Shown: positions 1 to 8,530 of the stretch, piece after piece
Layout: every line of letters begins with the position of its first letter
Numbering within the stretch: the stretch's first letter is position 1
From: a virus
Lineage: Duplodnaviria > Caudoviricetes
Virus record (IMG/VR): IMGVR_UViG_3300049982_000026
Span: 1-59,380 of that record
Strand: one strand, 5' to 3'
Length of the DNA: 59,380 nucleotides
Notes under the pieces: generated by a model
Databases searched by the model: none
Seen by the model: the letters and a program-made list of their open reading frames with translations, nothing else
What the model was told of the DNA's origin: nothing
Position numbers and translations under genes: made by a program

Positions 1-141
1 GCCGTCCACCAACCGGCGAGCCTGCGGCTGGGACGGCACGAACTTCTTCTCGTACCACAACGACGGGAAGCTCTACAAGCACACCAGCACGGCCTGGGAT
101 CCGGCGGTTACGTCGTCCAAGGTCTGGAGCCAGCTCACGTT
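1..141. repeat. Terminal direct repeat of the contig (circular assembly overlap), copy 1
   Basis: 1-141 matches 59240-59380 except G127 versus A59366. Confidence 0.97.
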
Positions 142-1174
142 CTACGACAGCGACGCTGCTGGCACCGGGACTCACGAGACGACGCCTGGTGCGGCCGTGT
201 CGTTCACCTGGAACCGGCGAGCCAAGCTGCACTTCGTCGCACCCAATGTGCCGGACAACGGCGGCACCGATGACCCCAACGCGATCCGGCTGTACGTAGG
301 TCGCGGCGCCACAGTGCCCGCCAACTCGGCGATGTACCTCCAGTACACCGGCATCGCAGCCACGGATCTCTCCTCGCTGTCGACGGTGACGGCGAACCCG
401 CCGACGGTCAACGGCTTCCCGAGCGCCAACCCGGCCAAGATCGTCTCGGACGACGGCCTGCTCGAGATCTCCGGCGCCGGGACGATCAAGGTCAATGGCA
501 CTCTGGTTGCCATCGGCTCGCCTACGGTCACCTACATCACCAGCTCGGGCACCTGGACGCGCCCGGCAGGGCTCAAGGCGGCGTACGTCGAAGCGGTCGG
601 AGGTGCTGGCGGCGACGGCGGCGTGGCAGCAATCGGCACGACAGGCAGCCCCGGCCAAGCCGAGTCTGGCGGCGGCGGCGGCGGTTCCTACTCCGCCAAG
701 TGGTACCTACTCGGCGATCTCAGTGCGACCGAGTCTGTCACGATCGGCGCTGGCGGAAACGGTGGCAGCACCGCTGGATCCGACGGGACCGCCGGTGGCT
801 CGACCGTCTTCAAGGGTCAGACCGCAGGTCCTGGCCTGGGCGGCGCGGGCGTCACGACTGCGAACGCGAACCGAACTGTCACGGGCACCGGGGCCTCCGC
901 TGGTGGCAATGGCGGCACGGCCACCGGAGGCGACATCAACATCTCCGGTGAGGATGGCGGACATGGTCGATGGATGAACGGCCTTGCCCTCCTCGCCGCG
1001 CGCGGCGGAGCTCCCCCAATGGGCTTCGGCCTGGGCGGCAACGCCAGGACTGGCGCTGGAGCCAACCCTGGCAAGGGATATGGTGGCGGCGCGGGCCCAG
1101 CCTTCGCTGGTAACGCTGCGGTCGCTGGTGCTGCTGGCACTCAGGGCATCGTCAAGATCACGTGCTACTTCTGA
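2..1174 (+). CDS. C-terminal part of the tail fibre/receptor-binding protein that starts at 57243 (glycine-rich C-terminal domain)
   Basis: Frame is open from base 2 and continuous with 57243-59239 through the overlap. Gly-rich tail-fibre motifs (SSGTWTRPAG...VGGAGG...GTQGIVKITCYF). Confidence 0.9.
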   Translation, partial: PSTNRRACGWDGTNFFSYHNDGKLYKHTSTAWDPAVTSSKVWSQLTFYDSDAAGTGTHETTPGAAVSFTWNRRAKLHFVAPNVPDNGGTDDPNAIRLYVGRGATVPANSAMYLQYTGIAATDLSSLSTVTANPPTVNGFPSANPAKIVSDDGLLEISGAGTIKVNGTLVAIGSPTVTYITSSGTWTRPAGLKAAYVEAVGGAGGDGGVAAIGTTGSPGQAESGGGGGGSYSAKWYLLGDLSATESVTIGAGGNGGSTAGSDGTAGGSTVFKGQTAGPGLGGAGVTTANANRTVTGTGASAGGNGGTATGGDINISGEDGGHGRWMNGLALLAARGGAPPMGFGLGGNARTGAGANPGKGYGGGAGPAFAGNAAVAGAAGTQGIVKITCYF

Positions 1175-1803
1175 TGAAAGGCAAGCGAGTGACCGACTAC
1201 GGCTCAGGCGTCCTGGGGGACTGGAAGACCCTGGGGCACGGCTTCTACAACCCATCCGGCAAGGCGTTCGCGGACGTCGACCTGCTCCTGGTCGGGGATT
1301 CGATCACCAACCGGGGCAAGGAAGAGTTCGTCGCGTCGATGAAGACGAACCACGGCGCCGACGTGGCGGTGAACTACTGGAGCGGCCGGCCGACGACGCC
1401 AGCGGTCGACTACGTGCTCTCCGCCACTACACTCCCGCCGCGCGTCATCATGGCCGTCGGCAGCAACGACATCATGGATCCGTCCGTGATGGCTGCGCAG
1501 ATCCAGCGCGTCCTCACCAACCTGGCCGCCCGACCGGAACCGGTGGAGCTCTGGTGGGTCGACGTGCAGGCGTCGCGTCCGGCGTACCCAGTGGCCGACC
1601 AGCGTAACGCGGGCTGGGTCAACAACCAGATCCACGACGCCATCGATCCGGAGCACGTGATCTCCTGGTTCCGTTGGTTCGCGTCGAGCCCTGGCCGGAT
1701 CCAGACGTATATCGCGGCCGACGGCATCCACCCGATCGAAGGCGTCGGCACCAACTTCTGGGCCGAGATCCTCCGTCAAGGCGTGGCGGCCAGCTTCGGG
1801 TGA
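1174..1803 (+). CDS. SGNH/GDSL hydrolase (esterase)
   Basis: VGDSIT block I, GSND block III, DGIHP block V. ATG overlaps the upstream TGA; alternative GTG at 1189. Confidence 0.85.
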   Translation: MKGKRVTDYGSGVLGDWKTLGHGFYNPSGKAFADVDLLLVGDSITNRGKEEFVASMKTNHGADVAVNYWSGRPTTPAVDYVLSATTLPPRVIMAVGSNDIMDPSVMAAQIQRVLTNLAARPEPVELWWVDVQASRPAYPVADQRNAGWVNNQIHDAIDPEHVISWFRWFASSPGRIQTYIAADGIHPIEGVGTNFWAEILRQGVAASFG

Positions 1804-1895
1804 CCTAACCCTCAGTGCGTTTACACGGGCCCTCGGCAATCACGCCGGGGGCCCGTTACACTTGGGGGGTCAGCAACCAACTCGGGGAGCCTAGT

Positions 1896-2357
1896 GTGAA
1901 TTTCATCCACCATGAGCAGAAGCTCGGAATGGGGACGTTCCGCAAGGGGCTGACGACCTCCCCGTTCCAGATCCCCTTCCTGGTCTACCTCTTCATCCAG
2001 GGCATCCTGATCGCGCTGGCCGGACCGCAGTACGCCGCCGATCTTGAAGTCCCGACCTGGTCCATCTACAACTTCGCCGCAGCCCTCATCGCTGGCGGCG
2101 CGATCTCGACCTTCTCCCGTTTCAACGGCAATGAGAGGCTCGAGGAGTTCGGCCTCTGGCTCGTCGTCCTGGCGGCTATGATTGCTGTGGGTATCGAGAC
2201 GTTCTCGAAGCAGTACGCAGGGCTCGGCGACGACATCGCCATCCTGCTCGGCTGCCTGCTGAGGATTCGGGTACTACGCAAGGGCCGCAAGGCACAGAAG
2301 GTGGCGGTGCAGATCGTCACGGACAACGACAATCACGATGGGGAGACGACGCCCTGA
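1896..2357 (+). CDS. Multi-pass membrane protein of the lysis cassette
   Basis: About four hydrophobic segments; GGGGAG RBS before GTG; lies upstream of the endolysin. Confidence 0.7.
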   Translation: MNFIHHEQKLGMGTFRKGLTTSPFQIPFLVYLFIQGILIALAGPQYAADLEVPTWSIYNFAAALIAGGAISTFSRFNGNERLEEFGLWLVVLAAMIAVGIETFSKQYAGLGDDIAILLGCLLRIRVLRKGRKAQKVAVQIVTDNDNHDGETTP

Positions 2358-2746
2358 TGGACGCTATCCAGTTTCTCCCTCAGGTGGCCGGCGGCGGGAC
2401 GCTCCTGGTCATCGGCTACGGCCTGAAGCTCCTGATCGACTTCCTCACCCAGCGCCAGTCCGGCAAGCTCGAGGCCAAGAAGATCGACATGGCCGAGGAC
2501 ACGCAGCAGGTCACGGACGCGGCCGCCGCGAACGCCATCCTGCTGGCCAGCCTCCAGGCCGTGCAGGCGGATAATGTGCGCAAGGACTCCAAGATCGAGC
2601 ACCTTGAGACCCGCAACGCTGAGAAGGACACCAAGATCGAGGGTCTACAGAAGCAGGTCCGCGAGCTCCGCGCCCAGGTCCACATCCTGCTGCAGCGTCT
2701 GGACGGCGTCGACTTCGAGCTCGACGATCTCCGCGACAACCACTGA
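2357..2746 (+). CDS. Membrane-anchored coiled-coil protein (lysis cassette, holin-accessory type)
   Basis: N-terminal TM helix then heptad-like coiled coil; TGATG coupling. Confidence 0.7.
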   Translation: MDAIQFLPQVAGGGTLLVIGYGLKLLIDFLTQRQSGKLEAKKIDMAEDTQQVTDAAAANAILLASLQAVQADNVRKDSKIEHLETRNAEKDTKIEGLQKQVRELRAQVHILLQRLDGVDFELDDLRDNH

Positions 2747-2798
2747 GCTCCCCGCGTAGCCTGGACTGGTATCAAGTCCGCCTATTCTGAGGAGACTC

Positions 2799-3815
2799 AT
2801 GGCCGCACCGATGACCGCAGCGCAGACGCGCGCTGCGATGAAGAAGTGGCTGGTGCCGTTCAAGGAGTACTCCGGCTGGACCTCGCGTAAGCGTCCTGGC
2901 TCGTTTGCCCCCGTCGGTCTGGTGATCCACCACACCGGCTCGGACAGCGGCCAGAACAGCCCCAACTACGATCACTTCCTGTTCGTAGAGGGTCGTCCGG
3001 CCGAGGGTATCCCCGGCCCGCTCTGCCAGGCGACGTGCGAGATGGACGGGGATCTCATCCTCGGTGCCATCGGCCGCGCCAACCACGCCGGATCGGGCTC
3101 GTCCCGGTCGCTGGCCACCGTACGCGCCGACAAGGCCTCGCTCACCGCGCAGGTCAAGCCCGGACCCGACGACACCAACGGCAACGGATGGTTCTACGGG
3201 CTCGAGGTCAAGTTCGACGGCGGGCAGCCTATGACCGCCAAGCAGTACGACAGCGCGGTCCGCTGGGCCGCCGCGATCTGTGACTTCTACGGCTGGGGCG
3301 CTGGCTCTATCCTGGGTCACAAGGAATGGTCGAGCCGCAAGCCCGACCCGGGAAGCACGGCGATGAACAAGTTCCGCGCCGACGTCGCTGCCCGACTCAA
3401 GGCTGGCCCGGGGGGAACCCCGACCGGCGACACCGGAAAACCGCCCATCGAAGGAGATTTCACCGTGGCTGAAGCAGACCGCGTCATCGCCCAACTCAAC
3501 AACGTGTCCGGCCACCTGGCCGACAACAACCGGCAGTGGGCCAACACCGTCCTGGCCGAGGTGGCCAAGCTCTCCAGCCACCTCGACGAGCGCGTCACCT
3601 ACCTGGAGAAGCGCGTCCAGGACTACGCCGCGTTCGGGGCCAAGCACACCGACCAGGTCGAGGCCACCACGGCCGGCGACGTGGACTCCGCGCTGGCGGA
3701 CAACTTCACCGAGCTCGCGGGTGCGGTCACCGCCGTGGTCGAGATGCAGAAGCAGCAGGGTGCAGCCCTGGATGGCATCCTGGCCAAGCTGGCGGAGCTC
3801 GCCCCAAAAGCCTGA
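2799..3815 (+). CDS. Endolysin: N-acetylmuramoyl-L-alanine amidase (Amidase_2-like) with a helical C-terminal domain
   Basis: VIHHTG, ANHAG, GLEV and GHKEW...KPDPG motifs; GAGGAG RBS. Confidence 0.92.
   Translation: MAAPMTAAQTRAAMKKWLVPFKEYSGWTSRKRPGSFAPVGLVIHHTGSDSGQNSPNYDHFLFVEGRPAEGIPGPLCQATCEMDGDLILGAIGRANHAGSGSSRSLATVRADKASLTAQVKPGPDDTNGNGWFYGLEVKFDGGQPMTAKQYDSAVRWAAAICDFYGWGAGSILGHKEWSSRKPDPGSTAMNKFRADVAARLKAGPGGTPTGDTGKPPIEGDFTVAEADRVIAQLNNVSGHLADNNRQWANTVLAEVAKLSSHLDERVTYLEKRVQDYAAFGAKHTDQVEATTAGDVDSALADNFTELAGAVTAVVEMQKQQGAALDGILAKLAELAPKA
3451..3467 (+). promoter_or_regulatory. Internal in-frame translation start inside the endolysin (AAGGAG, 8 nt, GTG 3465)
   Basis: Strong SD with canonical spacing, encoded by atypical codons GAA GGA GAT, directly after a Pro/Gly linker. 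Confidence 0.7.
3803..3809 (+). other. Putative -1 ribosomal frameshift site C CCA AAA at the end of the endolysin
   Basis: X XXY YYZ heptamer in the correct phase just before the last sense codon and stop; the -1 frame opens into the transglycosylase domain. Confidence 0.7.
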
Positions 3816-4324
3816 CGGCTGACGAGATCCTGACGGAGGCCGGGTTTACGGACCCGGCCGTCCGCCGGATCGCGAAGGCCATCGGCAAGGCTGAGTCGGA
3901 TGGGTTCACCGACGCGGTCGGCGACATCCCCGGCGCTCGCATGGGCCCGTACATCAGCCTGGAAGCAGCTCGGGCGGACTACGCGTCCCGACAGGCGGCC
4001 AAGCTGCAGGTTCCGGTGCCGGTGCAGTACGAGCAGCGCTCGGACGGCTGGTACGCCGTGAACACCAAGTGGGGCACCTCGCGTGGCTGGTTCCAGGTCC
4101 GAATCCTGCGCGACCCGACGTCGGGCAATGCGGCCGACCGCTGGCGCGTGGGTGACAAGCTCGGCGACCCGCTCTACAACGCTCAGGCCGCCTTCGCGAT
4201 CTCCAAGGGCGGCACGGACTTCAGCTTCTGGTCGGTCTTCACGCACGACACGTACAAGAAGTTCCTCGACGTCGACTACCAGCTCAAGACCGGTCACGCG
4301 CGCGCGGACGACTGGGACATCTGA
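3803..4324 (+). CDS. Lysozyme-like lytic transglycosylase (SLT) domain, probably translated as a frameshift extension of the endolysin
   Basis: AIGKAES catalytic Glu, GWFQVR, DPLYNAQAAFAIS and WSVF motifs; no ATG/GTG at the start of the domain. Confidence 0.8.
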   Translation, partial: PKSLTADEILTEAGFTDPAVRRIAKAIGKAESDGFTDAVGDIPGARMGPYISLEAARADYASRQAAKLQVPVPVQYEQRSDGWYAVNTKWGTSRGWFQVRILRDPTSGNAADRWRVGDKLGDPLYNAQAAFAISKGGTDFSFWSVFTHDTYKKFLDVDYQLKTGHARADDWDI

Positions 4325-4337
4325 GAGGATATACAGC

Positions 4338-4721
4338 ATGAAGATCTTCGGTTACGAGCCCGCCGCCTGGGCGGGCGCTCTCCAGGGCGTTCTCGGCGTC
4401 CTGGTCGTTCTCAACGTGTTCGGCATCGACGCCGACAAGTCGACGCTGCTGCAGGCGGGTTCCGCTGCGGTCTTCGCGCTCGTCACCGCCTACCTGACGA
4501 AGAAGGTCAACCTGGCCGTCGTCGTCGGCGCCGTCCAGGCCGTACTGGCCATCCTGGTGGGCTTCGGTCTGCATCTGGACGCGGACGTGCAGGCTGCCCT
4601 GATCGCCGCGCTCCAGCTCGGGCTGGCCGGCTTCCTCCGCCAGAACACCGAGCCCGCTGTGGATCCCGGCTTCAACTCGGAGCCCCTCTACACGGAGCCG
4701 CTGGAGGCCGACGTTCACTGA
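4338..4721 (+). CDS. Holin-like membrane protein
   Basis: About four TM segments (MKIFGYEPAAW...); follows the endolysin; GAGGA RBS. Confidence 0.75.
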   Translation: MKIFGYEPAAWAGALQGVLGVLVVLNVFGIDADKSTLLQAGSAAVFALVTAYLTKKVNLAVVVGAVQAVLAILVGFGLHLDADVQAALIAALQLGLAGFLRQNTEPAVDPGFNSEPLYTEPLEADVH

Positions 4722-4760
4722 GCCAGTCCTGAGGCTCTGTACGGCTTTCTAAGCGATCGG

Positions 4761-4796
4761 ACCCCCGGCCCCTCACCAGAGGGTGTCCGGGGGTCT
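4761..4796. terminator. Hairpin at the convergence of the two genome arms
   Basis: ACCCCCGG...CCGGGGGT inverted repeat between convergent genes. Confidence 0.65.
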
Positions 4797-4801
4797 CTTC
4801 G

Positions 4802-5710
4802 TCAGTCCTGCCCCTGCTGGCGTTCGCGCTGGCCTTGAATCTTGGCTTCCCTCTCCCGCGCCAGCTCCAGCCGCTTCTCCCAGACCTTCGGGTCGAGTTT
4901 GTCGGGCACGGCGTGAAAGATGTCGAACACGACAGTTCCCTCGGGGAAGCGCCAGAAGTCTCCGTCGCTGTAGTGGCGCTCGTGGGCGCGGCGGGCCCGG
5001 CTCTCGATGGACTCCTCAGCCATCCGCCGCATCGTCTCCACAGTGCCGCCAGAGCCGCCATTAGGGACGATAGTGCGGCTCCTGCCGGCCATTACCGAGC
5101 CTGAGGCGGTCGCGACGTCGGTGTGCAGCGCCCGGCCCTGCTTGTAGGCGCGCGCGGGCGGGTCCTCGAGGTAGAGCACGATGCGGCGAGCCATGTCGAT
5201 GCTCTTGATGTTGCCCAGGATGTCGTGGTTGCACGAGCGCTGGCCAGAGCACAGCAGCCCCCGCACCTCGCCGGTCTCGTGGTCGTGGTCGACCGCCAGG
5301 CGCCGCTGCTTCGGCTCCTTCCGGCAGATGTAGCACCGACCGCCCTGATAGCGGTACAGCTCCAGGTAGAAGTCGTACGAGATCCCGTACGTCTCGCGAA
5401 CGTGGGCGCCGTACCGAGCCTCGCTCTGACAGGCCTTGCAGCGACTCCCCTCGGCGTACCAGAGCGGAACGAAGAACTGGCAGCCCGAACAGAACCGGCG
5501 ACCCTTGGGCCAGTTGGCTCCGGCGACGAGGGGCCGCCAGACGTAGCCCTCCCGCGCCTCCATGATCTTCAGCCGGGCGCGCGCCTCCAGCACCTGGTCA
5601 TCGATCAGCAGGCGGGCGATGCGGTGCCAGTAGCAGAAGTGGCTCGGCGCGTCCTTGGGCAGCTCGCAGTCGGGCTGTTTACACGGCTTCGGCGGCTTCT
5701 TGACTGCCAC
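4802..5710 (-). CDS. Endonuclease VII-like Holliday junction resolvase with extra Zn-binding segments
   Basis: YQGGRCYIC...LAVDHDHETGEVRGLLC...CN motif. Confidence 0.88.
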   Translation of the reverse strand: MAVKKPPKPCKQPDCELPKDAPSHFCYWHRIARLLIDDQVLEARARLKIMEAREGYVWRPLVAGANWPKGRRFCSGCQFFVPLWYAEGSRCKACQSEARYGAHVRETYGISYDFYLELYRYQGGRCYICRKEPKQRRLAVDHDHETGEVRGLLCSGQRSCNHDILGNIKSIDMARRIVLYLEDPPARAYKQGRALHTDVATASGSVMAGRSRTIVPNGGSGGTVETMRRMAEESIESRARRAHERHYSDGDFWRFPEGTVVFDIFHAVPDKLDPKVWEKRLELAREREAKIQGQRERQQGQD

Positions 5711-5758
5711 GGCTACTCCCTACTCGAAACGAAGACTTCCAACCTACTGTAAAGGAAT

Positions 5759-5790
5759 GAGCCCCGCCCCCTTGTGAGGGAGCGGGGCTC
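5759..5790 (-). terminator. Intrinsic terminator after the SSB-like gene
   Basis: GAGCCCCGC...GCGGGGCTC stem followed on the minus strand by ATTCCTTT. Confidence 0.65.
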
Positions 5791-5837
5791 GCGATCCGAT
5801 GCCGGTGGCTTGAATCAGAGGCGCCCGGCCGGGCAGA

Positions 5838-6455
5838 TCAGAACGGCGGCTCTTCGTCGGCGACGGACTTCTTCGCCTCGGCCGGGGTGTCCTGGACCTT
5901 CTCGGACTTCGGCTCGGACTTGACGCCCTCGTCGAAGAAGGAGTCCGTCTCGGCGGCGGCCGCCGGGGGGACGTACTTGCCACGGAACTTCTTCAGGTTG
6001 TTACCCTTGCCCGTGTCCTCGTCCTCGAAGAACTGCATGCCGATCTTGCCGCCGATGAGCGGGTGCTTGCCCGGCTTCTCACCGGCCGGAAGCGCGGCCG
6101 CGACGGCCTTCGCCAGCGCCGAGTAGATGTTCGTGCCCTTGCGTGCGTAGATCGCACGGCGGCCGTTGTCCTGGTCGGCCGAACGGGGGTTACCGTCCTG
6201 GTCCTTCGGAATCTTGGCCTTGGGGTGGTCCTCGTAGTTCCGGGTCTCGGTCTGGAGGACGACCACGAGCTGCTGCACCGGCTGGCCGGTCCGCTCGTCG
6301 ATCTCCGGGTCCTTCTTGCCGAACGGGATGTAGTCGACGCGGTACTTGTCGACGATCTCGCCCAGGACGGAGTCGCCGACCTCGTCGAAACGAGCTCCCG
6401 CTGCGCCTTCGCGCACGCCGTCGTCGAGGAATCCGTCGGTGTCTTCGTTGCTCAC
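5838..6455 (-). CDS. Single-stranded DNA-binding protein (putative)
   Basis: Acidic tail ending DEEPPF; AGGAGG RBS before GTG 6455; sits in a recombination cluster. Confidence 0.65.
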   Translation of the reverse strand: MSNEDTDGFLDDGVREGAAGARFDEVGDSVLGEIVDKYRVDYIPFGKKDPEIDERTGQPVQQLVVVLQTETRNYEDHPKAKIPKDQDGNPRSADQDNGRRAIYARKGTNIYSALAKAVAAALPAGEKPGKHPLIGGKIGMQFFEDEDTGKGNNLKKFRGKYVPPAAAAETDSFFDEGVKSEPKSEKVQDTPAEAKKSVADEEPPF

Positions 6456-6563
6456 TGTGCCTCCTGCGGCATCTGTCGGGCTTGCTTTCTGCTTCCCGAT
6501 CTCGCCAGACTTTCTGCCTGGCTTCAAGTGCCGGAGTGAAGACCGCTCCGGCTCGGTAGGTAC

Positions 6564-6592
6564 AGCTTAGCGGATATGGATGAGGGGGTCAA
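6564..6592 (-). promoter_or_regulatory. SigA/HrdB-type promoter
   Basis: TTGACC-17 nt-TAAGCT. Confidence 0.65.
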
Positions 6593-6595
6593 CCC

Positions 6596-7417
6596 TCAGT
6601 TTGCGTCCGGGTACGAGTCTGGGAAGTCCTGCTCGTCCTCCTCGGGGCTGACGCCAGGGGTGACCACCTCGCCGGTGTGGTTGTTGGTCACCTGGCCGTC
6701 CTCGCTCATCGAGTAGTCCGCCAGCGGCACGCCGTGGGCGAGTCGCACGGTCTCGACGTTGGAGTGCATTCGGCGGACACTCCGCGCGATCTGGTGACCG
6801 AGCTTCTCCTGGTAGGCCGACCAGTCGCCTGGCAGGAACTGATACAGGCCCACGGCGCCGTTCTGGGATCCGTCGTACGCCGCGACGATGGGGCTCTTGG
6901 CCAGCTCCTTCGCGTCCAGGGTGAGCTCGGCGTCGAACTCCTTGGCGGCCACAGCCATCCGCTCCCGGCGACGCATCTTGGCCGCCTCCTGGAGCGCAGC
7001 TTGGTGGATCTCCGAGGCGCGCGCAGCCTTCGCCAGTCGCTCAGCACCGGTGAGGCCGTCGCTGTCCGGGGTCTCCAGTCGCCAGCGGAAGTACTCGATC
7101 GCCTGGGCGTTGAACCAGACGGCCGCCGCGTGGTCCTCGTCCGTCTCGCCGGCTATGAGCTGCTCGGTGTGACGCAGCAGGGATGCCTTGGCGCGGTCCA
7201 GCTCCTCCTCGCCGCAGCCCTCCTCCCAGTTGCGCGGGTCGTACTTCTCGGCACCCCTGGCCAGCAGCCTGGCGTACCGGGTGATCATCTGCTCCTCGTA
7301 CGGCTGCAGCTTCGTCCGGATGAGGTCGAAGCGCGGCTTGCCGTCCTGGGAGTCTCGGCGCATTCCGGACTCGTATTCCAGGTGTGTTCCGCTGTCCTTG
7401 GTCTCGTAGTCGGTCAC
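6596..7417 (-). CDS. dATP/dGTP diphosphohydrolase domain protein (DUF5664-like) with a C-terminal extension
   Basis: KDSG...SGMRRDSQDGKPRFDLI...GAEKYDPRNWEEG...SLLRH...DEDHAAAVWFN. Confidence 0.82.
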   Translation of the reverse strand: MTDYETKDSGTHLEYESGMRRDSQDGKPRFDLIRTKLQPYEEQMITRYARLLARGAEKYDPRNWEEGCGEEELDRAKASLLRHTEQLIAGETDEDHAAAVWFNAQAIEYFRWRLETPDSDGLTGAERLAKAARASEIHQAALQEAAKMRRRERMAVAAKEFDAELTLDAKELAKSPIVAAYDGSQNGAVGLYQFLPGDWSAYQEKLGHQIARSVRRMHSNVETVRLAHGVPLADYSMSEDGQVTNNHTGEVVTPGVSPEEDEQDFPDSYPDAN

Positions 7418-8019
7418 GCCGCTACTCCCTTCTCTGCCGCCTCGGTGATGACCTCGGCGAATTCGTCCATGGTCCCGAGCCGGAACGGGGTCCAGAAGTC
7501 CTCGTTGTGCGGCGCGGTCATGAGGTAAGTGATCGTCTCCGGGGCTTCCCGCTCGAGCGCCTCGAAGTTGTGTACCCCGTCGTCGATGAAGTACTGCAGA
7601 CCGATCGTGCGAGCTGCCCACGGTTTGTCCGCGATGAAGTGCAGGCTCTCGTGCGGTACGGCGTACTCCTCGACCCACTCGCGCGTCTGGCGGTGGATCT
7701 CGGCCTGCTCGGCCGGGCTCTGCCAGACGGCCGTTCCTCGCGCGGTGATCAGGTGGATCCGGTGCCCGGCGAAGTAGAGGCGGCGGAGCGCTTCGACGGC
7801 GCCCGGGATCGGCGGCACGCCGTACAGCGTACCCTCCTTGGTGGCCTGCTCCAGGACCTTCACCCACACGTCCTTGTCGCAGCCGTATTCGTCGGCCATC
7901 CGCCAGGTCTTAGGGGTGACGCCGTTCGTGATGCCGGCCAGCTCGCACAGCCCGTGGGCCGTCAGGAACCACGGGTGCAGGACGTCGTCGATGTCGACGC
8001 CGATGTCGAAGGTGATCAT
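7414..8019 (-). CDS. HAD-family 5'(3')-deoxyribonucleotidase (NT5C-like)
   Basis: DIDDVL motif I, LITAR motif II, FIDD motif IV, APHN. Confidence 0.85.
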   Translation of the reverse strand: MITFDIGVDIDDVLHPWFLTAHGLCELAGITNGVTPKTWRMADEYGCDKDVWVKVLEQATKEGTLYGVPPIPGAVEALRRLYFAGHRIHLITARGTAVWQSPAEQAEIHRQTREWVEEYAVPHESLHFIADKPWAARTIGLQYFIDDGVHNFEALEREAPETITYLMTAPHNEDFWTPFRLGTMDEFAEVITEAAEKGVAA

Positions 8020-8357
8020 GCGACGAGCTCCGCGCCGTGCTTGAGGTCGATGTCCTCGACCCACGCCTGAGCGACGGCCATGACCTGCACCAGCTCGACG
8101 CGCAGCTTGGCCACGTCCGGCTCTGCGGCGGCCTCGAAGACCTCCTCCAGCAGGATGCCGATCCACTGCGACTCGCCCTCGCCAGCCAGGCGGTCGACGA
8201 AGTTCTTGATGACTTGCTCGTACTGCGCGAACGGGCGCCCCATGAGGATGCCATCCGGCCCGGTTCCGTTGGGGAAGCTCTGCGGCCCCCACTTCGCGTT
8301 CTGCCGGGCCCGCTCGTCCTGTACGTCGTTGATGATGCCAGCCTTGATAGCGCTCAT
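8016..8357 (-). CDS. MazG-like nucleotide pyrophosphohydrolase
   Basis: ERARQNAKWG...LLEEVFEA...ELVQVMAVA pattern. Confidence 0.75.
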   Translation of the reverse strand: MSAIKAGIINDVQDERARQNAKWGPQSFPNGTGPDGILMGRPFAQYEQVIKNFVDRLAGEGESQWIGILLEEVFEAAAEPDVAKLRVELVQVMAVAQAWVEDIDLKHGAELVA

Positions 8358-8530
8358 CACTTCCTCCCATCTCTCGTCAGCAGCCAGGTGAGGCGGCCGC
8401 TCATTTTCCTGCACGTGTAAACGGCGCCACACTTCGGGCAGCGCCAGACGTCTCCGGCCTTCTTGAAGACCTTCGGCGGCTTGCAGTAGTGGTCGTTGGG
8501 GAGCAGTTTGTCCTTGCTCGTCTTGCCCAT
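8357..8530 (-). CDS. Small Zn-ribbon protein
   Basis: HYC...CPKC; TGATG-coupled on both sides. Confidence 0.6.
   Translation of the reverse strand: MGKTSKDKLLPNDHYCKPPKVFKKAGDVWRCPKCGAVYTCRKMSGRLTWLLTRDGRK

Noticed and set aside
3536-3802. N-terminal 89 aa of ORF 3536-4324 as a real protein
   Set aside because: Arg/Gly-rich shadow of the amidase frame with no SD; protein-like sequence starts only at the slippery site
6596-8357. 2-aminoadenine (Z) genome pathway
   Set aside because: No PurZ-like synthetase or dedicated polymerase found
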